Assembly: GCA_030141605.1 (NCBI GenBank)
Contig: JAQGDQ010001815.1
Coordinates: forward strand, 1 to 24,444
From: Tubiluchus corallicola
Taxonomy: Eukaryota; Animalia; Priapulida
Direction: 5' to 3'
DNA: 24,444 nucleotides
Shown here: piece after piece, positions 11,730-22,434 of the stretch
How positions within the stretch are numbered: position 1 is the first letter of the stretch
Layout of the letters: each line of letters opens with the position of its first letter
Position numbers and translations under genes: made by a program
Notes under the pieces: generated by a model
The model's database searches: none
Told to the model about the DNA's origin: nothing
Seen by the model: the letters and a program-made list of their open reading frames with translations, nothing else

Positions 11730-12471
11730 GTGAGTAATTTCAGATGGTAGCAAATTTGTTTTTTGTTAAAGCTCGTTATTTATTAATGAATGATTCCAGC
11801 TGTTATTTTTTCAGCCAGACACAATCACTGAAAATGACTCTGAAAATGTGAAGTTTTAAAATATGATAATAACTGCTGTGATTAATGGTGGAAGACCCGA
11901 TTAATCGATTATAAGCGATTTGGATTTTTATTTTCAAATATTGACAACTTTTTTATCCGCCGATGCAAATTGATTGCATTACCTAATGCCATTTGCACAT
12001 ATTTTTTCCAAAAAACCGGAGGAAAATCGCGCGATAAACAGCTATCATTGTGGCGAAATCAAGCAAGGTTGTATCATCTTTGTACAGTAACTTATTGTCC
12101 TGCTGAAGCTGCTTAGACACGAAGGTTTCTCATCAATATAACTATGTGGTTTTTGTAAACAAAAATAAGCAGGTATATGCACTCAACGATGACAACAGTT
12201 TCATTGGCTGTTTTTAAACTCCAAACTAATAAGATAAACTCATTTAGAGCTTCCTTTTTACGTTGTACTTTTTACTTTTCTAACTACATTGTGATTAAAA
12301 CAGCAGGACTAAGATTACAAACCTCTTGTACTCATTGTGTTTAAAAATTTCAAAATTATTTTTTTTACTCCTAAAAACTGTTTATATTATCGAATCCGAT
12401 TACTCTTTTATGAAAGTGAAACCGACGTCCCGCCAATAGTGATTAATTCATCTGTCTCGTATTTTCTGCAG

Positions 12472-12594
12472 GCTTCCGAGATTCCATGTTGGATGTTCAT
12501 CCAGTGGATTTCTCAAATGCTGGCTCTATTAGACAAGCCAGAATCAGCCATCGTTCAGGAAATCTTGTTAGAAATTGCTCATTCCTATCCTCAG
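12472..12594 (+). CDS. PRKDC: DNA-PKcs exon 13, ASEIPCWMFIQWISQMLALLDK...YPQ
   Basis: tgcAG / GTaaat. Matches human VPCWQFISWISHMVALLDK...YPQ. Phase 0/0. Confidence 0.95.
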
Positions 12595-13075
12595 GTAAAT
12601 CACTTATCATTGTAATTACCCGAAAGTTTTGTTTGTGAGCATTATAATCACACTGCATGATGGCTCAAGGTACAAACTGGATAAGCTCTTAAATATCACC
12701 TGTGTGACAGGTGTGCTGAAAAGCAATTACTATAGTGTATTCCTAAACAGAAGTGAAATTATTTATTTTATTTTATTTTATTTTAGTCAATACATAACCT
12801 TGCAGTATTTTCAGAAATTATGCGACTCATAACAAACAAAAGTTTCTTTTTCAATAAATAACAATTTCTGAGCTCGTATTAGCTTACTAAATTTTTTTTG
12901 CTAATTATTTTGGTACGTTTGAAGAACATTGGCATGTAGTCAGAGAAAATTGCAGCAGGATGGCGCCAAATACTAAGTTGTAGCCGGTAGATAATTTGTT
13001 TATTAATTAGTAAATTAACAAGTGCAAGGTCATGGAGTCACTAGTTATCGGTGTTTTTGGTTTTTGCTCCAAATG

Positions 13076-13134
13076 AAAGTAAAAGTAAAGTAAGGTAAAG
13101 TAAAGTAAGTAACGTAAAGTAAAGTAAAGTAAAA
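13076..13134 (+). repeat. (AAAGT)n microsatellite
   Basis: Imperfect aaagtaaaagtaaagtaaggtaaagtaaagt... run. Confidence 0.85.
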
Positions 13135-13235
13135 CTCTTATTAATAGCAACACTTTTGCGGCGTTGAGAAATGGTCAATGATATCTGCTATGTAGAGCAG
13201 TAACTGTTTCATATTGTTGATGCGTTTACATGCAG

Positions 13236-13412
13236 GCGCTGGTGTACCCGATGAAACTAAGCGTTGAAGGCTTAAGGTTCGATACCAGCACGCAAGGGAA
13301 GCAGCAGCGTGCGTTCGTCGAGAAATTACAGGCGATTTTGGACAAAGTGCCTCTTGTGATGAACTTCATCCACGCGTTGGAACAGCTCAGCGCCCCAGAA
13401 GCATTGTTTAAT
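13236..13412 (+). CDS. PRKDC: DNA-PKcs exon 14, ALVYPMKLS...FIHALEQLSAPEALFN
   Basis: tgcAG / GTatgt. Matches human AIVYPFIISS...FINALDQLSNPELLFK. Phase 0/0. Confidence 0.94.
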
Positions 13413-13658
13413 GTATGTACTTTGTGTTGCATTGTTTAATGTATGTACTTTGTGTTGCATTGTTTAATGTATGTACTTTGTGTTGCATTGTTTAATGTAT
13501 GTACTTTGTGTTGCATTGTTTAATGTATGTCTTTGTGTTGCATTGTTTAATGTATGTACATTGTGTTGCATTGTTTAATGTATGTACTTTGTGTTGCATT
13601 GTTTAATGTATGTACTTTGTGTTGCATTGTTTAATGTGTGTACTTTGTGTTGCATTGT
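13401..13658 (+). repeat. 28-bp minisatellite (9 copies + partial) spanning exon 14 end and splice donor
   Basis: Unit gcattgtttaatgtatgtactttgtgtt at 13401, 13429, 13457, 13485, 13513 (27 bp), 13540, 13568, 13596, 13624, partial 13652. Confidence 0.97.
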
Positions 13659-14132
13659 GTTGCTCGCCTTGAGCTTTTTTATAGACATGCATAACATCTT
13701 TGAAGTTTGCATTCATGTGAACGTTCTTGAATAAAGTTTGGTAAGTTTCTTTTGCATTGTGAAGTAAAAATATTGTGTTTTTAAATCACGGTAAGATGTT
13801 AGTAGTATGGAAGTGCTTTGTTTGTGTATCAATGGTGTTTCTATGTGACTTTCTTACTCTAAGGATACAGATGATGACAGAAAAATCAAGTCGACATTTT
13901 TTAGTGACATTCCTTGTGGTTGGACAAAATTATCCATGAATAAACATTTTCTAGCTTTTTAGCGCTGAACGATTTTTCATGAAGTTTAAGTTCACATGTT
14001 GATTTTGTAATGTTCATATTTGTTTTTCGAACTACGAAAGCCAGCCTTTCTTTTTCAGGTGATTTCACTTTTTGTCAATTAGTTTGATCTGGAATATTTT
14101 TTTTATTTTACGCTTGTTCAATGTTCTTGTAG

Positions 14133-14318
14133 GATTGGCTTGAGGAATTTGTGAGATTAATGCAAAAGAATGCAAAGAAAGATGCCTTAAAGAAATCGTA
14201 TCAGGCCATGTGTGCTGAACTTTTGCACATACGTGGTTCGAGTGAAACTGATACGATGGGAACACAGACGCCCCGGTCACAAGTTGAAATGGGTCAATAC
14301 AGAAAGCAATTTGCACAG
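14133..14318 (+). CDS. PRKDC: DNA-PKcs exon 15, DWLEEFVR...MGQYRKQFAQ (FRB-like)
   Basis: tgtAG / GTtagt. DW start and GQYRKQFAQ resemble human GAFRRKFIQ. Phase 0/0. Confidence 0.9.
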
Positions 14319-14491
14319 GTTAGTACATTCAGATACACTGTTCTCCCCGACATTTGGATTTAGATTTGTGTACGCGAGCAAAGCCATAATTTGCAATTTA
14401 TCTAATTAGTTTTAAGACAGTCAGTTTCGAATTTGATTACCTCGTACGTTTTACTAGTTTTCACTGTTTGCATTTTTGCTGTTATTTACAG

Positions 14492-14551
14492 AAATGTGGA
14501 AAGAAAATTGAAAGCGTCATTATTAAAGTTCTTGCCAAGCCAGTTACGCAG
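14492..14551 (+). CDS. PRKDC: DNA-PKcs exon 16 (60 nt), KCGKKIESVIIKVLAKPVTQ
   Basis: tttacAG / cag|GTattg. Open, phase 0/0. Fills the expected gap (human TFGKEFDKHF...). Confidence 0.8.
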
Positions 14552-14679
14552 GTATTGTACTTTTATTGATATTTCTTAGATGAATAATTTTCTAATTTTG
14601 TATTTAAATTTTCAACTAATCATGGTAATGTTTTTTCCTGAGTGCATAAGACATCACAAATGATGTTTATCACAAAGAA

Positions 14680-15285
14680 ATTGAAATTACCTCCTCATAT
14701 TCGTAATTCTAACTCTTTAAACATCTTTACATCTCGACTAAAGAATCACATGTATTTTAATAAGCGGCCTACTTACTTTTCAAGTGGTACTCGAAATTCA
14801 TCAGTACACCTTACTAGAATGAGAGTTGGTTTTTGTCAACTTAATTATGATTTATGTTATGTTGAGTAACTAATTAACATCTATGCCTGTTACAACACTT
14901 TGGTTTGGTGTTCTTTTAGGCAGTGCACCTTAACTTGTAATTGGAATGGCGCTGCTTTTTAAATTGGAATAAAGCCATAATTCCAATTATTTACTCTTTT
15001 ATTTATGGTTATAACGGGTCGCTGGTATCACCTAATTGTCAATGTGGTTCTACTTATCAAACAATCGGTCATTACTTAATTAGCTGCCCTCTTTACCGCC
15101 AGGCCAAACACGACTTATTTACAAATCTCTGCTTTTGTTAGCTTTTAACATCAATGTTTACAGTCTTGCATCAAATGAACTTGTACATTTGTTCCTGCAC
15201 GGGAACCATACCCTAGATAATTCTGTGAACACTCAAATTTTTGTTTTAGTGCTGTCTTTTATTTCACTCTATCACATAGAGGTCT
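14680..15285 (+). mobile_element. Decayed 3' end of a non-LTR retrotransposon ORF2 (CR1/L2-group-like)
   Basis: Broken frames read LPPHIRNSNSLNIFTSRLK...HLTRMRVGFCQLNYDL, SPNCQCGSTYQTIGHYLISCPLY (CxC-x8-H-x4-C zinc knuckle) and LFLHGNHTLDNSVNTQIF, typical post-RT LINE segments. Interrupted at about 14862-15005. Confidence 0.75.
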
Positions 15286-15422
15286 ATGTTACTCTTGTCA
15301 CATAGTAATGTTCATATTTATTGCAACTTTTTTGTACATTGTGGTCACCATTGTTCTGCATTTTTGCAGAATGTTCCTACATTGGTCACCATTGTTTGTT
15401 CATCAGCCTTTTTGTTTTCCAG

Positions 15423-15594
15423 GAATCTTTCTTGGATATACGTAAGCTGAAGCAGTCTATAGCAGTTGCGGTTAAGGAAGACTACAAGGAGTACAGGAAA
15501 CGAGGTGTATGTGGTCCCGGTACGCTGAAAGAGTACTGTACGTGGTTGACTGAGTTCCAGAGCTTGAAGTTTAGCAAAGAGTTGGAAATACCTG
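15423..15594 (+). CDS. PRKDC: DNA-PKcs exon 17, ESFLDIRKL...PGTLKEYCTWLTEF...ELEIP
   Basis: tccAG / GTatag. Matches human PGNLKECSPWMSDF...ELEIPG. Phase 0/1. Confidence 0.93.
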
Positions 15595-16050
15595 GTATAG
15601 TGTTTGCATTTTCTTCAGGGCTCCCCTGTAATGTGCAAATGAAAATTCACAAAAGTGAGAGGAAAGGTGTTTAGTACAAAAAGCATCTATTAATATCTTG
15701 TCCTGCGCCATACGTAACGCTGGTGATTACCTGTTGGTTGTTAGGCGATTCCAAATGAGACTGATTTCGTGACGCATTGCTTAAACAAGTTCGTCAATCT
15801 TTGATTTCTGGAGATAGAATGTGATAGGGATTATGAAAATATGGTAGCTTAAATAAGGAATAACATAATCGTCGAAATGTAAAAGCAAACTCATTAGTAA
15901 GTAGAAACATCAAGTCATTTGTCCGTCAGCTAAAAGTTTTCATTATTTAATCAGGCCTCCAAATAATAGCCGATTTTAGTTTTACTGTCATGTAGTTTGC
16001 CTAACTTAACCTCAAGATATTTCTTTTATTGGTGTTTTTTGTGTTTTTAG

Positions 16051-16118
16051 GTCAGTACACGGGGAATTCAAAACCGTTGCCGGAATACCATGCTAAGATA
16101 AAAGGCTTTGATGAAAAG
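16051..16118 (+). CDS. PRKDC: DNA-PKcs exon 18, [23 protein letters not shown]
   Basis: tttttAG / GTgtga. Matches human [23 protein letters not shown]. Phase 1/0. Confidence 0.95.
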
Positions 16119-16408
16119 GTGTGAACACACCTTAATGTTATAATAAAAAGGCTGGTTTATGAAAGTTTCAGCAGTTTCTAATAAACTTTCTACACTGTTA
16201 GATTAGATAAAAAAATTTATATAGGAGGGACTGTTTTGCTCCATTTCTTATTTGATAAATGATGCTGTTGATGACATCATCATCTAAGATGGTGGCTCCC
16301 ATGTTTTTCTGGCACTGTCCATGTCTTTTCAGTGCATAAATACACAAATAGGGCACAAAGTGGCAGCCCCATGCTGTACCAATTATGGTAATTATTTCCA
16401 CTTCTTAG

Positions 16409-16629
16409 GTAAAAGTTATGGACTCCCTACGGAAACCAAAACGAATCACCATCCGTGGCCATGATGAGAAGGAGTACCCCTTTCTGGTAAAGGGCGGAGA
16501 AGATTTGCGGCAGGACCAAAGGATAGAGCAGCTGTTCGAGATCATGAATGAAATCCTAGCAAGAGACCCGGCTTGTCTCAAGCGCGGATTAAGCTTACGC
16601 ACGTATCAAGTGATTCCGATGAATACCAG
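16409..16629 (+). CDS. PRKDC: DNA-PKcs exon 19, kinase N-lobe [43 protein letters not shown]...
   Basis: cttAG / GTattt. DNA-PKcs-type [13 protein letters not shown] motif with the ATP-binding Lys. Phase 0/2. Confidence 0.97.
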
Positions 16630-17104
16630 GTATTTTAAACGATTTTTTCTCACCAAATCGCTTAGTTTACACAAATCTTGACAGTATATTTCCTTCTGAT
16701 GCAGTAATAATTCAGAGGTAATTCTTAGTGATAAGAGTCTGAAAGATTAATAAAAAAATCCCGCAAAGGAGAAGACTCGATGTTTCCTTTATTTGTTGCT
16801 GAAGTATTTTCTTATTATTCATTGTGTGATAGCTTATTAATTACTTGCTACCTAATAATGATATTTAGTTAATGCCATCTGATTATGTGTGAAAAAGGTG
16901 AAAGAATTATTAACATATTAACATATGGTTCAGCAGTTTAAATCTTGCCTGGTTCACTTTTTTCCTGTGTTTATTCAACAGACATTTGCAATTCGTGATT
17001 GCCGCTTTTTTGTCGTATTGTTTTTTGTTTGTGTCAATGGATTGATTGGTATTTGTAAAACACAGAATGGACAGAAATAATTACATTGCAAAACATACAG
17101 TGTA

Positions 17105-17616
17105 CAGTCATACCTCGGTTTTCAAACGTCTCAGTACTCGTACAAATCGGTTTGCAGCCAGAAAAATCGAGTTGAAATTGTCTCCGTTCTCGACCAGAAT
17201 TTCGGTACTCGACCAATAGCCAAGCACGTGATGAATGCATGCGCGGCGAGTCGAGTAGAGCCGAGCTTAACCGACCGTGCCCGAGAGTAGTCACACACGT
17301 GTTTCTGATCTTGCTTACATATGCCATCACACTGCTACCAACACGTAAGGTTTTTTCATGCAGGAATAATTATGTTTTTCTTTCTAAGGAATTCTATTAT
17401 GTTTTTCTTATCAATAATATCACATCTACTGTTTGAATAAGCACTTTTGCATTATTATATTTCGTTTTAGTAATACTTTACAGTTCATTTGGTGCTTGAG
17501 AACGGATTATTTGCTTTTACATTATTTTTTATGGGAATAAATAATTCGGTACTCAAACAAATCGGTTTTCAAACATTTTTAGGAACGAATTATGGTCGAA
17601 AACCGAGGTATGACTG
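17105..17616. mobile_element. pogo/Tigger-like MITE, 512 bp
   Basis: 19-bp perfect TIR cagtcatacctcggttttc / gaaaaccgaggtatgactg. TA on both flanks (17103-04, 17617-18). Internal tc(a/g)gtactc..caaatcggttt subrepeats. Confidence 0.92.
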
Positions 17617-17673
17617 TATTTCTTCTAGAATAAAGCTGTATGCTTTTGTTCTACTTGATCATTTTCTTTCCAG

Positions 17674-17775
17674 GTTGGGGTTGCTTGAGTGGGTAGCTGA
17701 GACGTTTCCATTAAAGGAGTTAATTGCATCAGCAATGACCAAAGCTGAAGAAAGCTTTTACTACAAGTCTGACAG
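17674..17775 (+). CDS. PRKDC: DNA-PKcs exon 20, LGLLEWVAETFPLKELI...YKSDR
   Basis: tccAG / GTatgc. Kinase hinge, human LGLIEWLENT. Phase 2/2. Confidence 0.95.
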
Positions 17776-17888
17776 GTATGCATGCTTACTGAAATAAATT
17801 TTTGTTTTGAGTAGCGAAAATCTCTACTTATTAACCAATTCAATGCAATTCGGTGATTCGGTCTTAACTGGAACTACTTGTCTTACAG

Positions 17889-18053
17889 GAGACCTAGTGT
17901 ACTTCATACGGAGTGGGTGCAAAATTGTGCAAATAAGAAAGACCGTGATAATATAAAACTTGTCTATGGAAAGACGTACGAGATGCGATCAGCTAGTGAA
18001 ACCGTGCGGACTTTCAACCAAATCCAGGGCTCGGTGCCCTGGGATTTACTAAG
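17889..18053 (+). CDS. PRKDC: DNA-PKcs exon 21, RPSVLHTEWV...VPWDLLR
   Basis: tacAG / GTtcga. Matches human ETVTSF...VPADLLK. Phase 2/2. Confidence 0.92.
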
Positions 18054-18765
18054 GTTCGAGACTTAACCAACTTTCTGTTTTTTCCTAATGACTGCTGAAT
18101 GGCTATTAACTTTGATAGAAGCTTAAAATGCTTGAATGGAGGAATAATTGTTAAGGAAAGGCGAGGCAAATAGCTGTTGCATGCGTTTGGCAATTGAAGA
18201 CTTCAAGTTAAGTGTTGTTGTGCCTGATAAGTGAATGGAAGGATGACAATTGTGCTGAAACTCATTCTGGATGGTTTCATGGACCATACTGTTCACGAGT
18301 ACCTCTTGTTTACTTCGTTAATGGAATATGTACGTAAAACTAAACATTGGCAGGACAGTCCTGAATTGTCTTTCCGGTTTATTTATGTTTGATTGACTAA
18401 ATTGGAAGAGGTATTTTGGCCACACGCAGATGCATACATCTTGCCAGAAAGAACCCAGATGCAATTTTCTCATCAGTCACCCATTCACCTGCTTATCGCG
18501 CTTGCCATTGATTAACTTTAATTGAGGAGTACACGCTGTGGCCAAGAAGCCATTCCACTTGTCCTGTCACACTTGAAAATTTTGTTCACAATTTTGAGAC
18601 ATGCGGAAGGATAACTATAGCTGATAGTTACTACAGTGTTAACACTATTCACTAGAAAAACATGGAACTTAATAAATTAATTAATTAACATGGTTGGTTA
18701 ATTAAGTAAGTTTGCTTAATTTGCTTTTTTCTTTGAATGTTTGAATTTTTCATTTTCTTTATCAG

Positions 18766-18967
18766 ACGTGCTTTCCTGGGCCTCAGCGCATCCCCGGATG
18801 CTTTCCTGATGCTGCGAGCTCATTTCGTCAGGACGCACGCCGTGCTTTGCATCTGCCAGTACATCCTGGGAATCGGCGATCGACATTTGTCCAACTTCAT
18901 GGTCAGTCAGAAGGACGGAAGCATGATTGGAATCGATTTCGGCCACGCATTCGGTTCTGCCACTCAG
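18766..18967 (+). CDS. PRKDC: DNA-PKcs exon 22, catalytic loop and DFG: [14 protein letters not shown]...[14 protein letters not shown]
   Basis: atcAG / GTattc. Intact DRH..N and DFG motifs, near-identical to human. Phase 2/0. Confidence 0.98.
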
Positions 18968-19102
18968 GTATTCTATGGGTTTTTAGCACAGACTATAAAG
19001 ACTACAATTTTTGTGTTACTTTCTTTATTGTGCATTGGAGTTTTTCTTACCTTACATAAGTTTTGTCTTTGGTGTTTTTGGAGAGGTGAGCTAATCACCT
19101 GG

Positions 19103-19572
19103 CTCAGGGAAAATCCCTGAAAATACAGGCTATACTGGAAAGTCAGGAAAAAAGATAATTTGATAAAAAGTTAGGGAAAACGATGAAAATGGGGTAGAGT
19201 CAGGCAAATCGGATAGGGTTGCAAAAATAATCACTGCGAACTGATATTTTTCCAAACATATTTTTCAGGGATTTGTGTTCAAACAAAAATTCTTCTATGG
19301 CAGGCTCCCAGTTTCGATTTCTGTTCCAGAAATAATGATTGGATTAAGAAAGTTTATTTAATGTGTTTAGTGTAATTTCGTTAGCACTACTGCAACTGTG
19401 CCAACACATATATCAGTGAATGTCCATACACAAAAATGTTTGAATATGTATACTTGTAATGCAATTTCTACTTATCTTGGTCATGAAACATCAATGGAAA
19501 ATCAAAACTCTCAAATCAAAGTGCTCATTTGGTCAGGGAAAAGTCAGAGATTAAAATTTTGTGGGAACCCTT
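19103..19572. mobile_element. Degenerate MITE-like repeat with (g)tcagg(g)aa motifs
   Basis: Repeated tcagggaaa/gtcaggaaa/ttagggaaa motifs at 19104-19205 and 19532-19548. Ends gtgggaaccct, resembling a CAGGGTTCCCAC-type terminus. Left TIR not clean. Confidence 0.35.
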
Positions 19573-20351
19573 GTGCTGGCTGCATCCTGTTGGAATGAAG
19601 CGAAACCTGAAATTGCCCAACATCATTTCTCTCTGATGATTCTATTTATGTTCTCCTCGGCTAAATGTAGTTTTTTTATTCGAATCTCTTTTTCTTACTT
19701 TTATCTATTTTAAAATAATTTTATTTGACTTAGCATTTTGAAGTAAATACAATTTTTTTGAGTAAACACAAAAAAGAAATGGAAGGCAAAAAAATCGCTA
19801 AAAACTACTGTAAAACGAAAAAACGGGAGCAAAATTTTTGCGATTGTTGTAGGCAAAGTGACGTTTTTTGCAGCAGACCATTCTATGCGCCCATCATATT
19901 ACGTAAGTTTAAAGATTGATGGAAATTTGTGGCCTCTTATACAGAACAGACAAGAAACTAAAAGCTGCCACATATTTACAGGCACTTTTATTACTAGTTT
20001 GAAAGTATATGGCATCCGTGCCAAATTTTCATACATTTCCAACACATTTTTGTACTATTTTTTAAACTTTTTATACATCTATTCCGATAAAGGAAATAGA
20101 GAAGTTTTGTAATCATTTAATCACCAATTTAAATTAATTAACTAATCAGTTGTAATAAAATAATTAATTAACAGAGGGATTGCTACGTATTTGTTGTTTT
20201 TAGTCAAGTTTTTAGCCAAATTTCAAGAACGAGCGAGTGAATCACCGGATTTTTTTCTAAAACCCAAGCAGATGCTCAAGAATAACCTAATCACCAATTA
20301 TTATGCACAGAATGCACGGCATGCAAAAAAAAAACAAAAATTACAAAATAA

Positions 20352-20383
<32 letters not shown>
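20352..20383. repeat. (TA)n microsatellite
   Basis: atatatatatacatatatatatatatatatat. Confidence 0.9.
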
Positions 20384-20527
20384 CAGAACAGTGATAACAC
20401 AAAGTATCTGTCCATCATCGTGTTTTGTGTTTTTCTTTTCTTTAGTTTAGAATTCTTAGCTAATCGTTCCAATTTTTTGATCGCAGGAGTTACTTCCATG
20501 TTGTTTAATGCTTGTTGTACTTAACAG

Positions 20528-20716
20528 TTCCTCCCGGTACCCGAGTTGATGCCGTTCCGCCTGACGAGACAATTCCGGAATCTTCTCTTGCCTATGAAAG
20601 AAACTGGACTGTTACAGGCGACTATGATTCATACCCTGCGGGCGCTCAGACACGATCACGACATTCTGCTAAACACGATGGACGTCTTCATTAAAGAACC
20701 TCTAGTTGATTGGAAG
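20528..20716 (+). CDS. PRKDC: DNA-PKcs exon 23, [16 protein letters not shown]...[14 protein letters not shown]
   Basis: aacAG acceptor. Near-identical to human [16 protein letters not shown]...TMDVFVKEPSFDWK. Donor is non-canonical AAG|GCAAGG. Phase 0/0. Confidence 0.95.
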
Positions 20717-20893
20717 GCAAGGAATTTTTGTTTGTTTTAGCTGTGATTTGATTGTCGTGCGGAATGTAGGTGGCGTACAGGTCGTTGCAGAAGAAACAGT
20801 GCAGTAAAAACGTGCTGATATGCTGAAATACTCTTAACAAATCACAGTGAAATGCGACTGAGTGTTAATATGAGAATTGTGTTCTGATTTCAG

Positions 20894-20942
20894 CTCAACG
20901 CTATGAAGCAGATTGAAGCACAGGGTGGCAAAAATGACAAAG
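20894..20942 (+). CDS. PRKDC: DNA-PKcs exon 24, LNAMKQIEAQGGKNDK
   Basis: tttcAG / aag|GTatgg. Occupies the position of human NFEQKMLKKGGSW. Phase 0/1. Confidence 0.85.
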
Positions 20943-22115
20943 GTATGGTTTTTGCTTCAAAATACTGCCTCATTTTTTATATAGAAAAAACCCAAAACAA
21001 TGTCAATGCTAGAATATATCAGTATAAGTCATCAGAAGTAGAAATTCTTTCCACTAATTTGCTAGCGATGGGAGGTACCTGTTATTTATCTTCTTGAAAT
21101 CGGTGATGTGTTACTTGAGAAGGAAACAATTTTCTAGCAGACAATGTCAAAGATAAGAAGGCTGAGGGAAAAAACTGGACTTTTAAGTAGTGATTCTTCA
21201 TCTAACGACATTCGTGTTAAACTATTAGAAGCTGCGGGAAAAATTAGTACTGTGAGCGAGCTGCTAGCATTACGAACCAGTGCTGAGCGATTTTAAAACA
21301 TCTTCATTTGAAACACAAGAAAAAACTGTTCGTAAATAAAGTTTAAAAAGTTTGTCTTGAAATTTTATATCACTTGCATGTCGGATTATTACATACAAAC
21401 CGTTTCTTTAGGGTGAACTTTAAAGTTGCCTCTTTCCTCCCCTTTAAATTTGTAATAAAAGGCTTATTGTAGCAACTAAATAATCGAGCAGATTCAAAAT
21501 CAGATCCGATCCGGTAGAGAACATGATTTTGTAATGTATCGAATGGGTTAAGGTAATAAACTGAAGCACCAGTCCAGCTGTGACTGCAGTGATCTTTCGG
21601 GCAAGTATCGTGATTTGGTTCCATGTTAATCGCGTTATTGCACTGAACCAACTGTACCAGTAGAGGAATTATTTTGCTGCATTTTTGCCATGATTTAAAG
21701 TAAAACAAACAGATGTGCCGCTTTAATATCAGATCTTCTGAGGTTTTTGTTTGTTCTACTTAAGGTCGGCAGTCGCGGTTTTATTTCTGCTGACAATTAC
21801 AATTTGCTTAAAATACTTTTCAAGCGGTGCCATTGCATAGGAAAATTATCGGAAATGTGAAGAGACTTAATGAAACGTTGCCATCATCTCATCATATGTA
21901 ATTTTCTATTTTAAATTCTCACCAGAATGGCAAGTTCCGTCTTTAATGTCTGTGCCAAACACATAAGAATGTTCTGTATCTGTATAAATTATAATACCCA
22001 AATTTTAAATAGATTTAATTATTTTTATCATAAGTTTATTTGCAACTTTTACCTTTTTGATCTCAAAGAATGTTAGTGTTTGTCATTTAAGCGTTTATGT
22101 AAAATTTGTAACGTA

Positions 22116-22279
22116 TAAGTTAGTGTGTATTTAATGTAAGTTAATGTGTATTTAATGTAAGTTAGTGTGTATTTAATGTAAGTTAATGTGTATTTAATGT
22201 AAGTTAGTGTGTATTTAATGTAAGTTAATGTGTATTTAATGTAAGTTAATGTGTATTTAATCTAAGTTAATGTGTATTT
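22116..22279 (+). repeat. 21-bp satellite array, about 8 copies (left arm of inverted pair)
   Basis: Unit taagtta(a/g)tgtgtatttaatg from 22116, eighth unit starting at 22263. Confidence 0.97.
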
Positions 22280-22428
22280 TTATAAACACCCAGCACTTTT
22301 TCGTTAACTACTCTGAGACTAAGTACACGTCCACGTGTCAACGAATTTAAAGCTTCCAGTTTGCAACTGTGGTTTACGATTGTGCACATTGTGTAAGGTG
22401 AGAAAAACGAAAAAAACCCAAGGTTCTG

Positions 22429-22434
22429 TTTATT
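22429..22434 (-). promoter_or_regulatory. Candidate polyadenylation signal AATAAA for PRKDC
   Basis: tttatt on + is AATAAA on -, about 195 nt past the stop codon and inside the inverted block. Hexamer only; common in AT-rich DNA. Confidence 0.45.

Noticed and set aside
15336-15400. Short duplication (tacatt(gt)ggtcaccattgtt twice) with an extra tttttgcAG acceptor at 15369
   Set aside because: It is 53 nt upstream of the real acceptor, out of frame, with no evidence of use.
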